From an uncultured Candidatus Saccharibacteria bacterium (GTDB lineage Bacteria; Patescibacteriota; UBA1384; XYA2-FULL-43-10; 1-14-0-10-43-13), in contig CAZIYE010000002.1 of the NCBI GenBank assembly GCA_964543385.1, forward strand, positions 30,001-62,000: DNA of 32,000 nucleotides. Direction: 5' to 3'. Under the pieces are notes generated by a model. It searched no databases. It had not been told where the DNA came from and saw nothing but the letters and a program-made list of their open reading frames with translations. Shown here piece after piece: positions 24,370 through 32,000 of this stretch (its first letter is position 1; every line of letters starts with the position of its first letter). A program made the translations under genes and the position numbers.

Positions 24370-26355
24370 TTATAGTAGATTAGTTGGCTCAACATCCCAT
24401 ATTAAATTGGGAAATTTTTTCCATAAATCTACAATCTCCTTATCAATCTTATCACATTTTATCATTAAATGATACCTGAATTTGTTATGAAGCTTTTGGT
24501 AAAAGCAAGCGCCTGGACCAATAATTATGAAGTTATCTTGTCTCAAAATTGCTTCTAATTTTACAATTTCAGCAAGAGCTTTATTTTTATCAGCATGTTC
24601 CGAAACTATTCTAACAATTTTGCAAAAAGGTGGGTAGTTAAAATTTTCTCTTTGGACAATCTCATTCTCGTAGAATTGATTGAGATCATGGTTTAGAGCT
24701 GATTGAATCGGTAGAGCATCCGGCCAATAGGTCTGTAGAATGGTTGATCCGCGGTTTTCTTTTCGGCCGCTACGTCCTGAAACCTGAGTCAGAATTTGAA
24801 AAGTTTTTTCATTTGCTTTGTAATGTGGCATATTTAATCCAGTATCTGCTGATATAATTCCAACTAGATCTACATTCGGAATATCAAGACCCTTTGCAAT
24901 CATCTGTGTACCTATTACTATATCTACTTCATTGTTTTTAAACTTATTATAGAAATTTTCGTAATCATTTTTGGAATTAATAGTTGTAGAGTCAACCTTG
25001 AAGATTCTGGCTTTAGGGAATAGCTTTTCAATTTCCGATACAATCTTATCAATACCAGCACCAAAAAATTTAATTCTATAACTTTGACATTCTGGGCACG
25101 ATAATGGGACTGTTTCTTCGTGACCGCAATGATGGCATGCTAAGTGCTGGTGTCTCAAATTAAAATAATAGACAAGAGGTATCGAACAATTTGGACAGAG
25201 ACTGATAAATCCACAATCACGGCATGAAACAAAAGTGGCTGTGCCCCTTCTGTTTAGAAACAATAAGATTTGTTTCTTTTCCGCGAGAGTTTTGCTAATA
25301 CCTTCTTGTAAGGCTTCAGAAATAGGGGAGAAATTACCGAGTTTTACTTCATTTCGTAGGTCTACCATTTTTGAAGAGGGCAGAGAATTTGTATTATGAC
25401 GATTTTTTATCTTCAGCAACTTATAAGTGCCTGTTTTCGCTTTATATAAGCTTTCAATTCTTGGCGTGGCGCTACCCAAAACGAGCAAAGCCCCGGTTTT
25501 TATGGCAATTTGTTCAGCCAATGCAACTGCATGATATCGTGGGTTTTGTTCCTGTTTAAAAGAGTCTTCTTGTTCCTCGTCAACTATTATTAAACCAATC
25601 TTTTCGCTTGGTACAAGTAGTGCTGAGCGAGGACCAATGATAATTGGTTTTTTCCCATTGTAAAAATCATAATAACAATTATACTTTTCGGATTTAGACA
25701 GACCGGAATGCATCAGAGCCACTTTATCTCCAAAAACCTGTTCAAAACGCTGGACGGTCTGGGGAGTAAGCATAATCTCCGGGACAAGGATAATTACCTG
25801 TTTGCCAAAATCGATTATTTCTCTTGATGCTTTTATATAAAGTTCCGTCTTGCCGCTACTTGTGACCCCATGAAGCAAAATAGGCTTGATTTCTTTGTCT
25901 TTAACAAATTCAGAGTTCAGGGATTTTTTTATCTCATTGAAAACAATTTTTTGTTCATCATTTAAAACGATATCATTTTCTGGTTTTTTATCTGCCATTC
26001 TCTGCTTGTTGTCCGTTCTCGGACGTTTCATCTGTGGTGGCAGAAAGATGGATATTGCTTCCCCTAAGTTGCAGAGATAATAATTGGAAACCCATTCGGC
26101 AATTTCCATATAAATTGTCGGTAGCAGAAAATTTATATCAACAGATTTTATTGTCTTAATCTCGTACTTTACCGTGCCATCAGCTGCTTGTTTGCTACAG
26201 ATCGATTTAACAACTCCTCTGGTTATCTTTTTGCCAAATGGTATTTGCACTACCGAGCCAATTCTAATCAAATCCGCCAAATGTTCGGGGACTAAATAAG
26301 AAAAAGTTTGATTCTCAAAAAATGTTTTTATTTCTGGCACTACTTCTATAATCAT
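24370..26355 (-). CDS. priA: Primosomal protein N' (PriA helicase)
   Basis: LLHGVTSSGKTELYI, DEEQEDSFKQEQNPRYHAV, zinc site CRDCGFISLCPNCS...CHHCG...CPECQ, VDLVGIISADTGLNMPHYKANE. Confidence 0.96.
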   Translation of the reverse strand: MIIEVVPEIKTFFENQTFSYLVPEHLADLIRIGSVVQIPFGKKITRGVVKSICSKQAADGTVKYEIKTIKSVDINFLLPTIYMEIAEWVSNYYLCNLGEAISIFLPPQMKRPRTDNKQRMADKKPENDIVLNDEQKIVFNEIKKSLNSEFVKDKEIKPILLHGVTSSGKTELYIKASREIIDFGKQVIILVPEIMLTPQTVQRFEQVFGDKVALMHSGLSKSEKYNCYYDFYNGKKPIIIGPRSALLVPSEKIGLIIVDEEQEDSFKQEQNPRYHAVALAEQIAIKTGALLVLGSATPRIESLYKAKTGTYKLLKIKNRHNTNSLPSSKMVDLRNEVKLGNFSPISEALQEGISKTLAEKKQILLFLNRRGTATFVSCRDCGFISLCPNCSIPLVYYFNLRHQHLACHHCGHEETVPLSCPECQSYRIKFFGAGIDKIVSEIEKLFPKARIFKVDSTTINSKNDYENFYNKFKNNEVDIVIGTQMIAKGLDIPNVDLVGIISADTGLNMPHYKANEKTFQILTQVSGRSGRKENRGSTILQTYWPDALPIQSALNHDLNQFYENEIVQRENFNYPPFCKIVRIVSEHADKNKALAEIVKLEAILRQDNFIIIGPGACFYQKLHNKFRYHLMIKCDKIDKEIVDLWKKFPNLIWDVEPTNLL

Positions 26356-26469
26356 AAGGGTAATATATCACAAGCGTTCCTATTATCAGAAATCTTCATT
26401 ATATTAAAAACATTTACTCATGCTACTTCCATTGATAGAAATGATATTTTATGTTATTGTAAGCAAACT

Positions 26470-27798
26470 ATGAGCGAAACAAAACTAAAAACTGTAGCAA
26501 TGATCGGGCGTCCAAATGTTGGAAAGTCCACTCTTTTTAATCGTCTGGTCGGAAGAAGAATTGCAATTGAAACATCGGTTCCTGGAACAACAAGAGATCG
26601 TCTTTTTGGCGAAGTATCTTGGGGTAAATCAAAATTTAATTTGATTGATGTCGCCGGTATGGAATTTGGTACTAAAAAAGAGATAGATTCAAATATCCAA
26701 GAAGGTATCCAATATGCGATTAATAATACAGACCTTCTGTTATTTTTAGTTGATTGGAATGAAAAAGATAACGAAGCAGACAAAAGAATCGCCAGGCTTT
26801 TGAGAAATTTGGATAAAGAAGTGATTTTAGTAGTAAACAAAGTTGATAATCTTCAAAGACAGGGCAGCATAGATGAGTTCAAGCGTCTAGGGAATTTCAA
26901 AATTTTTCCAGTATCTGCAATCTCAGGAAAAAGTTCTGGTGACTTGCTTGATGAAATAATCAAAAGGTTACGCAAGGTTAAAGTAGTAAAACAAGAGAGT
27001 AAAGCCAAGGGTCCTAAGGTAAGCCTAGCTATTATAGGGCGCCCAAATGTTGGTAAATCTACACTTTTAAATACAATAATTGGCGAGAAAAGAGCCATCG
27101 TTTCTTCTGAGGCTGGTACAACTAGAGACATAGTTAATATTGATTTTATGCATTCTGGCAAGGATATAAGGATTGCTGACACAGCTGGACTTAGAAGACC
27201 GGGCAAAATTTCCAAGGACACCATCGAATCTTTCAGCGTGATCAGAACTATGAGTGCCCTTAAGGAGAGCGACATAGCAATTCTTGTAATCGATGCTAGT
27301 GAAGGTCTGGTGGCCTTAGATATAAATATATTGGGCAAAGCCAAGGAGTGGGGAAAGGGTATAATCCTGGCTGTTAACAAAATTGATCTGGTTGATAAAG
27401 ATCAGAAAGAGTATATGGCTAGGATGATTTGGGAATTCCAGACAAAACTTAATTTTGCTCCATGGCTGCCAATCGTCTTTATCTCAGCGCAAAACGATGA
27501 GAATATCAAGCCTTTACTAAATCAGGCCATGAAAGTATATGAGAGCAGAAGTACTACTATATCGCAGGAAGATTTGACTGAAATACTTGAGGATGCTAAA
27601 AAAAGCAACCCTCAGCTGCTTGATATCGTTGCTTTTGTGCAGAAAAAAGCTAACCCGCCTATCTTTGAGGCTATATACAAAGGCAGGACCATTCCTCACT
27701 ATACACAGATTCGATATTTGGAAAACAAGCTCAGAGATGTTTGTCCTCTCAGCGGTTCCCCTATATTTATAGATCTAATGTCTAAATCCAAGAAGTAA
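26470..27798 (+). CDS. der: Ribosome-associated GTPase Der (EngA)
   Basis: Two G domains: MIGRPNVGKSTLFNRL...NKVD and IIGRPNVGKSTLLNTI...NKID. C-terminal KH-like domain. Confidence 0.96.
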   Translation: MSETKLKTVAMIGRPNVGKSTLFNRLVGRRIAIETSVPGTTRDRLFGEVSWGKSKFNLIDVAGMEFGTKKEIDSNIQEGIQYAINNTDLLLFLVDWNEKDNEADKRIARLLRNLDKEVILVVNKVDNLQRQGSIDEFKRLGNFKIFPVSAISGKSSGDLLDEIIKRLRKVKVVKQESKAKGPKVSLAIIGRPNVGKSTLLNTIIGEKRAIVSSEAGTTRDIVNIDFMHSGKDIRIADTAGLRRPGKISKDTIESFSVIRTMSALKESDIAILVIDASEGLVALDINILGKAKEWGKGIILAVNKIDLVDKDQKEYMARMIWEFQTKLNFAPWLPIVFISAQNDENIKPLLNQAMKVYESRSTTISQEDLTEILEDAKKSNPQLLDIVAFVQKKANPPIFEAIYKGRTIPHYTQIRYLENKLRDVCPLSGSPIFIDLMSKSKK

Positions 27799-28509
27799 TT
27801 CATCTAACTGGTTTTGGGAATATTGTACCCCGCTATGTATTTTGAAGTACACTCCAGGTTTTTTATTTTGGTTTCCTAGCTGTGCGATTGAGACCCATGA
27901 TCTGCCGGCGATATTAGCTCTTGGCAAAGCGCCCCACTCACGTGAGTCTGATGAGCCCTCTCTGTTGTCACCCATTACAAAATACTCATTTTCATTAAGT
28001 TTTTTAGTCAAAGTCTGTCCAGAGCCGATCTCTGTTTTGGTTGTCTTTGGCAAATAATCCTCTTTCAAAGTTAATCCATTTGGATTATCTATATTTATAA
28101 TCGTGACAGTATTATTTTTTATAGATACTGTTTCCCCAGGCAAGCCGATTATTCTCTTAATATAATTCAGACTAGGATTCTTTGGGTATCGAAATACAAC
28201 AACATCACCACGTTTTGGTTGTCCAAACATGTACGAAGTTTTTTCTGCTAGAAGATATTCATTATTTTCATAATTTGGCATCATTGATTGGCCATCTACA
28301 ATATATGGTTGAATAACAAAATATCTAAGTATGAATGCAATAATAAATACAACAAGGCCGGTTTTCAGCAGATCTAAAACGAAATCAAAAAAGTCTTGTG
28401 CTGAACCACTTTTAACCTGTAAATTGTTTAGTTGTTCAGAGTTATTTTCTAATAATTCTTTTAGTTCCTGATTACCCTGAGTCAAATTATCATGGTTATT
28501 TTCTTGCAT
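27775..28509 (-). CDS. lepB: Signal peptidase I
   Basis: YIVDGQSMMPNYE (Ser), GDVVVFRYP, YIKRIIGLPGE (Lys), FVMGDNREGSSDSR. Confidence 0.94.
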   Translation of the reverse strand: MQENNHDNLTQGNQELKELLENNSEQLNNLQVKSGSAQDFFDFVLDLLKTGLVVFIIAFILRYFVIQPYIVDGQSMMPNYENNEYLLAEKTSYMFGQPKRGDVVVFRYPKNPSLNYIKRIIGLPGETVSIKNNTVTIINIDNPNGLTLKEDYLPKTTKTEIGSGQTLTKKLNENEYFVMGDNREGSSDSREWGALPRANIAGRSWVSIAQLGNQNKKPGVYFKIHSGVQYSQNQLDELLLGFRH

Positions 28510-28614
28510 GTTTACCTTGTTACATTTTATAAAGATAGTTTATTCTACCAATACTTGACAGGCAGGGTCAAATGCAAGGTATAATTTAACTACAATTTAA
28601 AGATTAGGATTATT

Positions 28615-29352
28615 ATGTATCCAGAATTATTTAAGATCGGTAGTTTGACGTTCTATACTCATGGTGTCTTAGCGGTATTTGGGATATTTCTTGGTAGTTT
28701 AGCGATTTACTTGCTTGCAAGAAAAGAGAAAATCAAGAATGGCTTCTTATTCGATAATGTAGTCTACTCGGTGTTGGTAGGAATAATCTTCGCCAGAATA
28801 ACTTATTTTTTTGTTTATTCTGATCAGTTTTCTAGTATTAAGGAGATATTTTATATTTGGCAGGGTGGGATGGTCTCATATGGAGGTTTTATCCCGGGGT
28901 TTATAACATTTATTCTTTTATTGAAGGCACAAAAGGCACAATTATCTAGATGGCTAGCAATTTCAGCTATTGCCTTCCCTATAGGACTTTTTTGGGGAAG
29001 GATCGGAAATATTTTTGCTGGTGAATATTCTGGAGTTTTAACAACAAGCAAATTCAATCTCGGCGGAGTGATTCCTGTGCCATTATATGAAGCGACTCTT
29101 CTTGTGCTGATAATAGCATGTTTGTTATTGATGTATAAAAAATGGCATAAACTTTTTGAACAGTATTCATTCTTCATCTTCATTTTATCCTATACATTAG
29201 GCAGATTCATAATAGATTTTTGGAGGGATGAGAGTAAAATCTTATTTAATATCTCATTGGGTCAAATGGTGAGCTTGCTGATATTTATTATCACAGCCAT
29301 ATTCTTGGTCTATGGATATGTTAAAGAAAGGCGCAAAAATGCAACTATCTAA
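28615..29352 (+). CDS. lgt: Prolipoprotein diacylglyceryl transferase
   Basis: VYSVLVGIIFARITYF, WQGGMVSYGG, GRIGNIFAGEYSG, YTLGRFIIDFWRDE. Promoter TTGACA...TATAAT upstream. Confidence 0.93.
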   Translation: MYPELFKIGSLTFYTHGVLAVFGIFLGSLAIYLLARKEKIKNGFLFDNVVYSVLVGIIFARITYFFVYSDQFSSIKEIFYIWQGGMVSYGGFIPGFITFILLLKAQKAQLSRWLAISAIAFPIGLFWGRIGNIFAGEYSGVLTTSKFNLGGVIPVPLYEATLLVLIIACLLLMYKKWHKLFEQYSFFIFILSYTLGRFIIDFWRDESKILFNISLGQMVSLLIFIITAIFLVYGYVKERRKNATI

Positions 29353-29668
29353 AGATTTTATAGATAAACAGAGGACAGCTTTGCTACAAGAGAAAAGTCG
29401 TCTTGAGGGTGAAATTAAAAAACTAGATAAATATCCTGATTACGGTGATAAGGATGATGATAATGATATGGAATTGCGCGATTATGAGAATAATCGATCA
29501 ATAGAAGATCAGCTTACCATTCTTCTCGAGAAGGTTAAGTCGGCTTTAGAATCAATAGACAATGGTAATTATGGCAAGTGTAAAAAATGCGGAGAAATGA
29601 TAAAGGACGATAGGTTGGATATAATGCCATACGCAGAAGTCTGTGTCGCTTGCTTGCCTAAAAAATGA
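29339..29668 (+). CDS. TraR/DksA-family zinc-finger protein
   Basis: ALESIDNGNYGKCKKCGEMIKDDRLDIMPYAEVCVACLPKK. Confidence 0.85.
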   Translation: MQLSKDFIDKQRTALLQEKSRLEGEIKKLDKYPDYGDKDDDNDMELRDYENNRSIEDQLTILLEKVKSALESIDNGNYGKCKKCGEMIKDDRLDIMPYAEVCVACLPKK

Positions 29669-30078
29669 TTAATAATAAAAATAATCCTAAATTACTCCTC
29701 TCTGCTCTATTTTTGGTTTTTTTATTACAGACCGTTTCATTTTTTGCCATTAAGTTTTCCCTAGCAACGATTAATAGTAAATTTATCCTCGGCGAGGTAG
29801 CAGATAATACTATTTCAATAGTTGTCTCAATAGTACTATTATTGATATTAAGTTTTTTTCTATTGTCAGTTAAAAATTTTTTTACCATATGGTCAGTCTT
29901 GGTTATTGCGGGCTCATTATCCAACATCATCGACCGCTTTCTTTATGGGGGAGTAGTAGATTATTTTAGTATCCCTAAAATCTTTGTATTTAATTTATCG
30001 GATTTATTGATAGTAACAGCCATATCTGGCATTACTATCTATTCTACGATTAAAAAAAAATACCCTCCTGACCTTTAA
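29665..30078 (+). CDS. lspA: Signal peptidase II (lipoprotein signal peptidase)
   Basis: AGSLSNIIDRFLYGGVVDYF and FNLSDLLI carry the two catalytic Asp motifs. Four TM segments. Confidence 0.9.
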   Translation: MINNKNNPKLLLSALFLVFLLQTVSFFAIKFSLATINSKFILGEVADNTISIVVSIVLLLILSFFLLSVKNFFTIWSVLVIAGSLSNIIDRFLYGGVVDYFSIPKIFVFNLSDLLIVTAISGITIYSTIKKKYPPDL

Positions 30079-30413
30079 TAGGCTAGGAAGGCATTTTATT
30101 TTTCGTTGGGTTCGCTAGTTCCTTGACCTCTTATTTTGTTAAGAGCTGGACTACCTTGGATTGAGTTTTACCCCAATACATAGAGACGATCCAAAAAAAA
30201 TTTTAAAAATCAGGCCGGGAATTAGCGTGGTCTTTATTAAAACAATTCCGAAATAAAATTGTTTTAGCTATTGATGCATTTATCGACGGTAGTTTTAATA
30301 TTATTTTGTTTATTATTACAAATCATTATAAATTAATGATTTTTTTCATATTTGCTGAAGACTTATTAAAAAAATTCATTTAAGGTTAATCCAGAAATAT
30401 TAGGGATTAGAAA

Positions 30414-30860
30414 ATGAGCAATGACATAAAAGATAATAAACCAGATGAAAAAGAAGGTCTAGTTTCAGAAATAAGTAGCGAAATTTTGGGACAACCACTC
30501 AAAAATTTGGAGACTAATGAAATAGAAATATCTTCTGATGAAGACATTGTGAGTGACCTAAGCCAAGATAAAAGAGCAAGCAAAGAAGCAATCTCTGGCA
30601 TTAGGTCAGCAATTAATGTTGGGAAAAAGAATACTGATGCTGACCTGGGCGTTGTCTCTAATGACGTTGATGCTGACTGGCAGAATGAGTCAACTTCGGA
30701 AGAAGTATCTATGGGGGAGAATCCCACTCCGGATCAGGATCAAGTTGATTCTATATCGAGTTCATGGGGTATGAATTATCATAACCAAGAGGAACTCGAT
30801 ATAGAGAAGAAGGTAAAAGGTCTTGAACAGAAAAGAAGAAATGACGATAACACAGAATAA
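30414..30860 (+). CDS. Hypothetical acidic, low-complexity protein
   Basis: 148-aa ORF rich in D/E/S, directly upstream of lon. Confidence 0.5.
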   Translation: MSNDIKDNKPDEKEGLVSEISSEILGQPLKNLETNEIEISSDEDIVSDLSQDKRASKEAISGIRSAINVGKKNTDADLGVVSNDVDADWQNESTSEEVSMGENPTPDQDQVDSISSSWGMNYHNQEELDIEKKVKGLEQKRRNDDNTE

Positions 30861-30872
30861 GAAAGGAGTAAT

Positions 30873-32000
30873 TTGTTATTTGGAATAAAAAAATATAACC
30901 CACTTGTTTTTATTAAAGACGCAGTAATATTTCCAGATATTCTCGTAGAACTATTTTTTAGCAATAGTTATTGTATAAATGCAGTAAAGAATGCCAAGGA
31001 TGGCATGTTGATTTTGGTAACTCAAAGATCGAGTACGAGTAGTTCTCTTCCTTCGCAACAAGACCTGTTCGAGGTTGGCACAATTGGCGAAATAAAAAAT
31101 ATAATCTATGAAGGGGACAAATTAAGAGTCCTTTTTGAGTCGAAAAGAAGAACGTTCATAGAAAAGATCATAGATAAGAGGACATACTTTGATGCATCTC
31201 ATTCTCTTATTGATGATGATAAAAGTAATGACGATCAAACAGTTGCGCTTACAAAAAACTTAATTTCAAATATTAAAGATTTCGTAAACAAGAATCGTTT
31301 TTTACCCTTAGATATTGCAATAAAAATTTTGTCCCTTGAAGATCCGAACAAAATCATAAATAATTTAATCCCTATTCTTTCAGAGACAATTGAAACTAAG
31401 CAAGATATATTAGAAACTATCGATATAAATGATCGTTTAGCTAAAGCAAACAAGGCAGTATCTCATGCGCTTCAAATTCATGATCTAGAGGAAAAAGTTG
31501 CCCAGCAAACTCAAGAAGAATTATCTAAAACACAAAAAGAAGTTTTCCTCAGGGAAGAGCTTAAAACAATCCAAAAAGAACTTGGAGGAGGGGCAAGCGA
31601 GTATACCGATCTTGAAAGAAAAATCGAAATATCAGGTATGCCATTAGATATAAAAAAAGTCGCCCACAGAGAGTTAAACCACTTGGAAAAAACCCCGTCA
31701 TTTTCACCGGAAGTTTCCTATATCAGGAATTATCTTGATTGGTTGGTCTCTATGCCTTGGATTAAGTATTCTGCAAGTATTATTGATATCGAAGAAGCTA
31801 AGATAATCCTTGATAACGATCATTATGCCCTTGATCAGGTTAAACAACGGATTCTGGAATTTCTTGCCGTGCAATCCAGGGTAGGCAAGATAAAAGGTCC
31901 GATCCTCTGTTTTGTGGGCCCTCCTGGCACTGGTAAGACATCGATAGGTAAGTCAATCGCAAAAGCCCTTGGACGTAAATTTACCAGAGTGTCTCTTGGA
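30873..32000 (+). CDS. lon: Lon protease, N-terminal part (runs off the window end)
   Basis: Hand translation from TTG with SD GGAG: FIKDAVIFPDILVELFF..., VFLREELKTIQKELG, SYIRNYLDWLVSMPW, ILCFVGPPGTGKTSIGKSIAKALGRKFTRVSLG. Confidence 0.92.
   Translation, partial: MLFGIKKYNPLVFIKDAVIFPDILVELFFSNSYCINAVKNAKDGMLILVTQRSSTSSSLPSQQDLFEVGTIGEIKNIIYEGDKLRVLFESKRRTFIEKIIDKRTYFDASHSLIDDDKSNDDQTVALTKNLISNIKDFVNKNRFLPLDIAIKILSLEDPNKIINNLIPILSETIETKQDILETIDINDRLAKANKAVSHALQIHDLEEKVAQQTQEELSKTQKEVFLREELKTIQKELGGGASEYTDLERKIEISGMPLDIKKVAHRELNHLEKTPSFSPEVSYIRNYLDWLVSMPWIKYSASIIDIEEAKIILDNDHYALDQVKQRILEFLAVQSRVGKIKGPILCFVGPPGTGKTSIGKSIAKALGRKFTRVSLG

Noticed and set aside
30079-30413. 335-bp AT-rich intergenic gap with AAAACAATT/AATTGTTTT inverted repeat near 30240-30264
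   Set aside because: Checked for tRNA, CRISPR repeats or a small ORF. Only a weak terminator-like repeat was seen, and low complexity makes chance pairing likely.
1-32000. Alternative genetic code (UGA as Gly, as in some CPR lineages)
   Set aside because: Full-length housekeeping genes have no internal in-frame UGA, and neighbouring genes stop normally.
1-32000. CRISPR arrays, transposases, toxin-antitoxin or defence genes
   Set aside because: No regularly spaced repeats, DDE/recombinase motifs or recognisable defence domains were found by eye.

Overview
This 32 kb, AT-rich window is densely coding and mostly housekeeping. It looks like a reduced bacterial genome, probably CPR/Patescibacteria (inference). 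Supported content includes a queuosine-precursor transporter homolog, a tmRNA, a tRNA-Val(GAC), uvrB, priA, der, lepB, lgt, lspA, rpsP, khpA, trmD, a def-fmt fusion, galE, thrS with a T-box-like leader, a GH1 glycosidase, miaB, rplY and the start of lon (missed by the ORF track). I saw no CRISPR array or transposon. The strongest novel candidate is the nucleotide-metabolism cluster at 5.57-11.84 kb. (a) Its ThyA-family enzyme carries Asp instead of Asn at the residue that selects dUMP over dCMP. Local sequence (RSND...D) and Cys-to-Asp spacing match T4 dCMP hydroxymethylase. (b) A single polypeptide fuses a dCMP-deaminase-like domain to a DNPH1/MilB-like nucleotide N-glycosidase domain. (c) A Dcd/Dut-family protein has lost the deaminase catalytic Glu, and a dUTPase has Asp to Glu in motif III. 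Together these suggest production and/or policing of 5-modified dCMP, or a non-canonical route to dTMP. Other candidates are: an XRE-HTH/Hsp20 fusion whose own, apparently leaderless, promoter contains a perfect palindrome; three leaderless-looking promoters with identical -10 to ATG spacing; a Def-Fmt fusion; and a GC-rich orphan gene with a switch-like leader and a perfect 14-bp 3' hairpin. All functional assignments come from motif recognition by eye. No database search was run.
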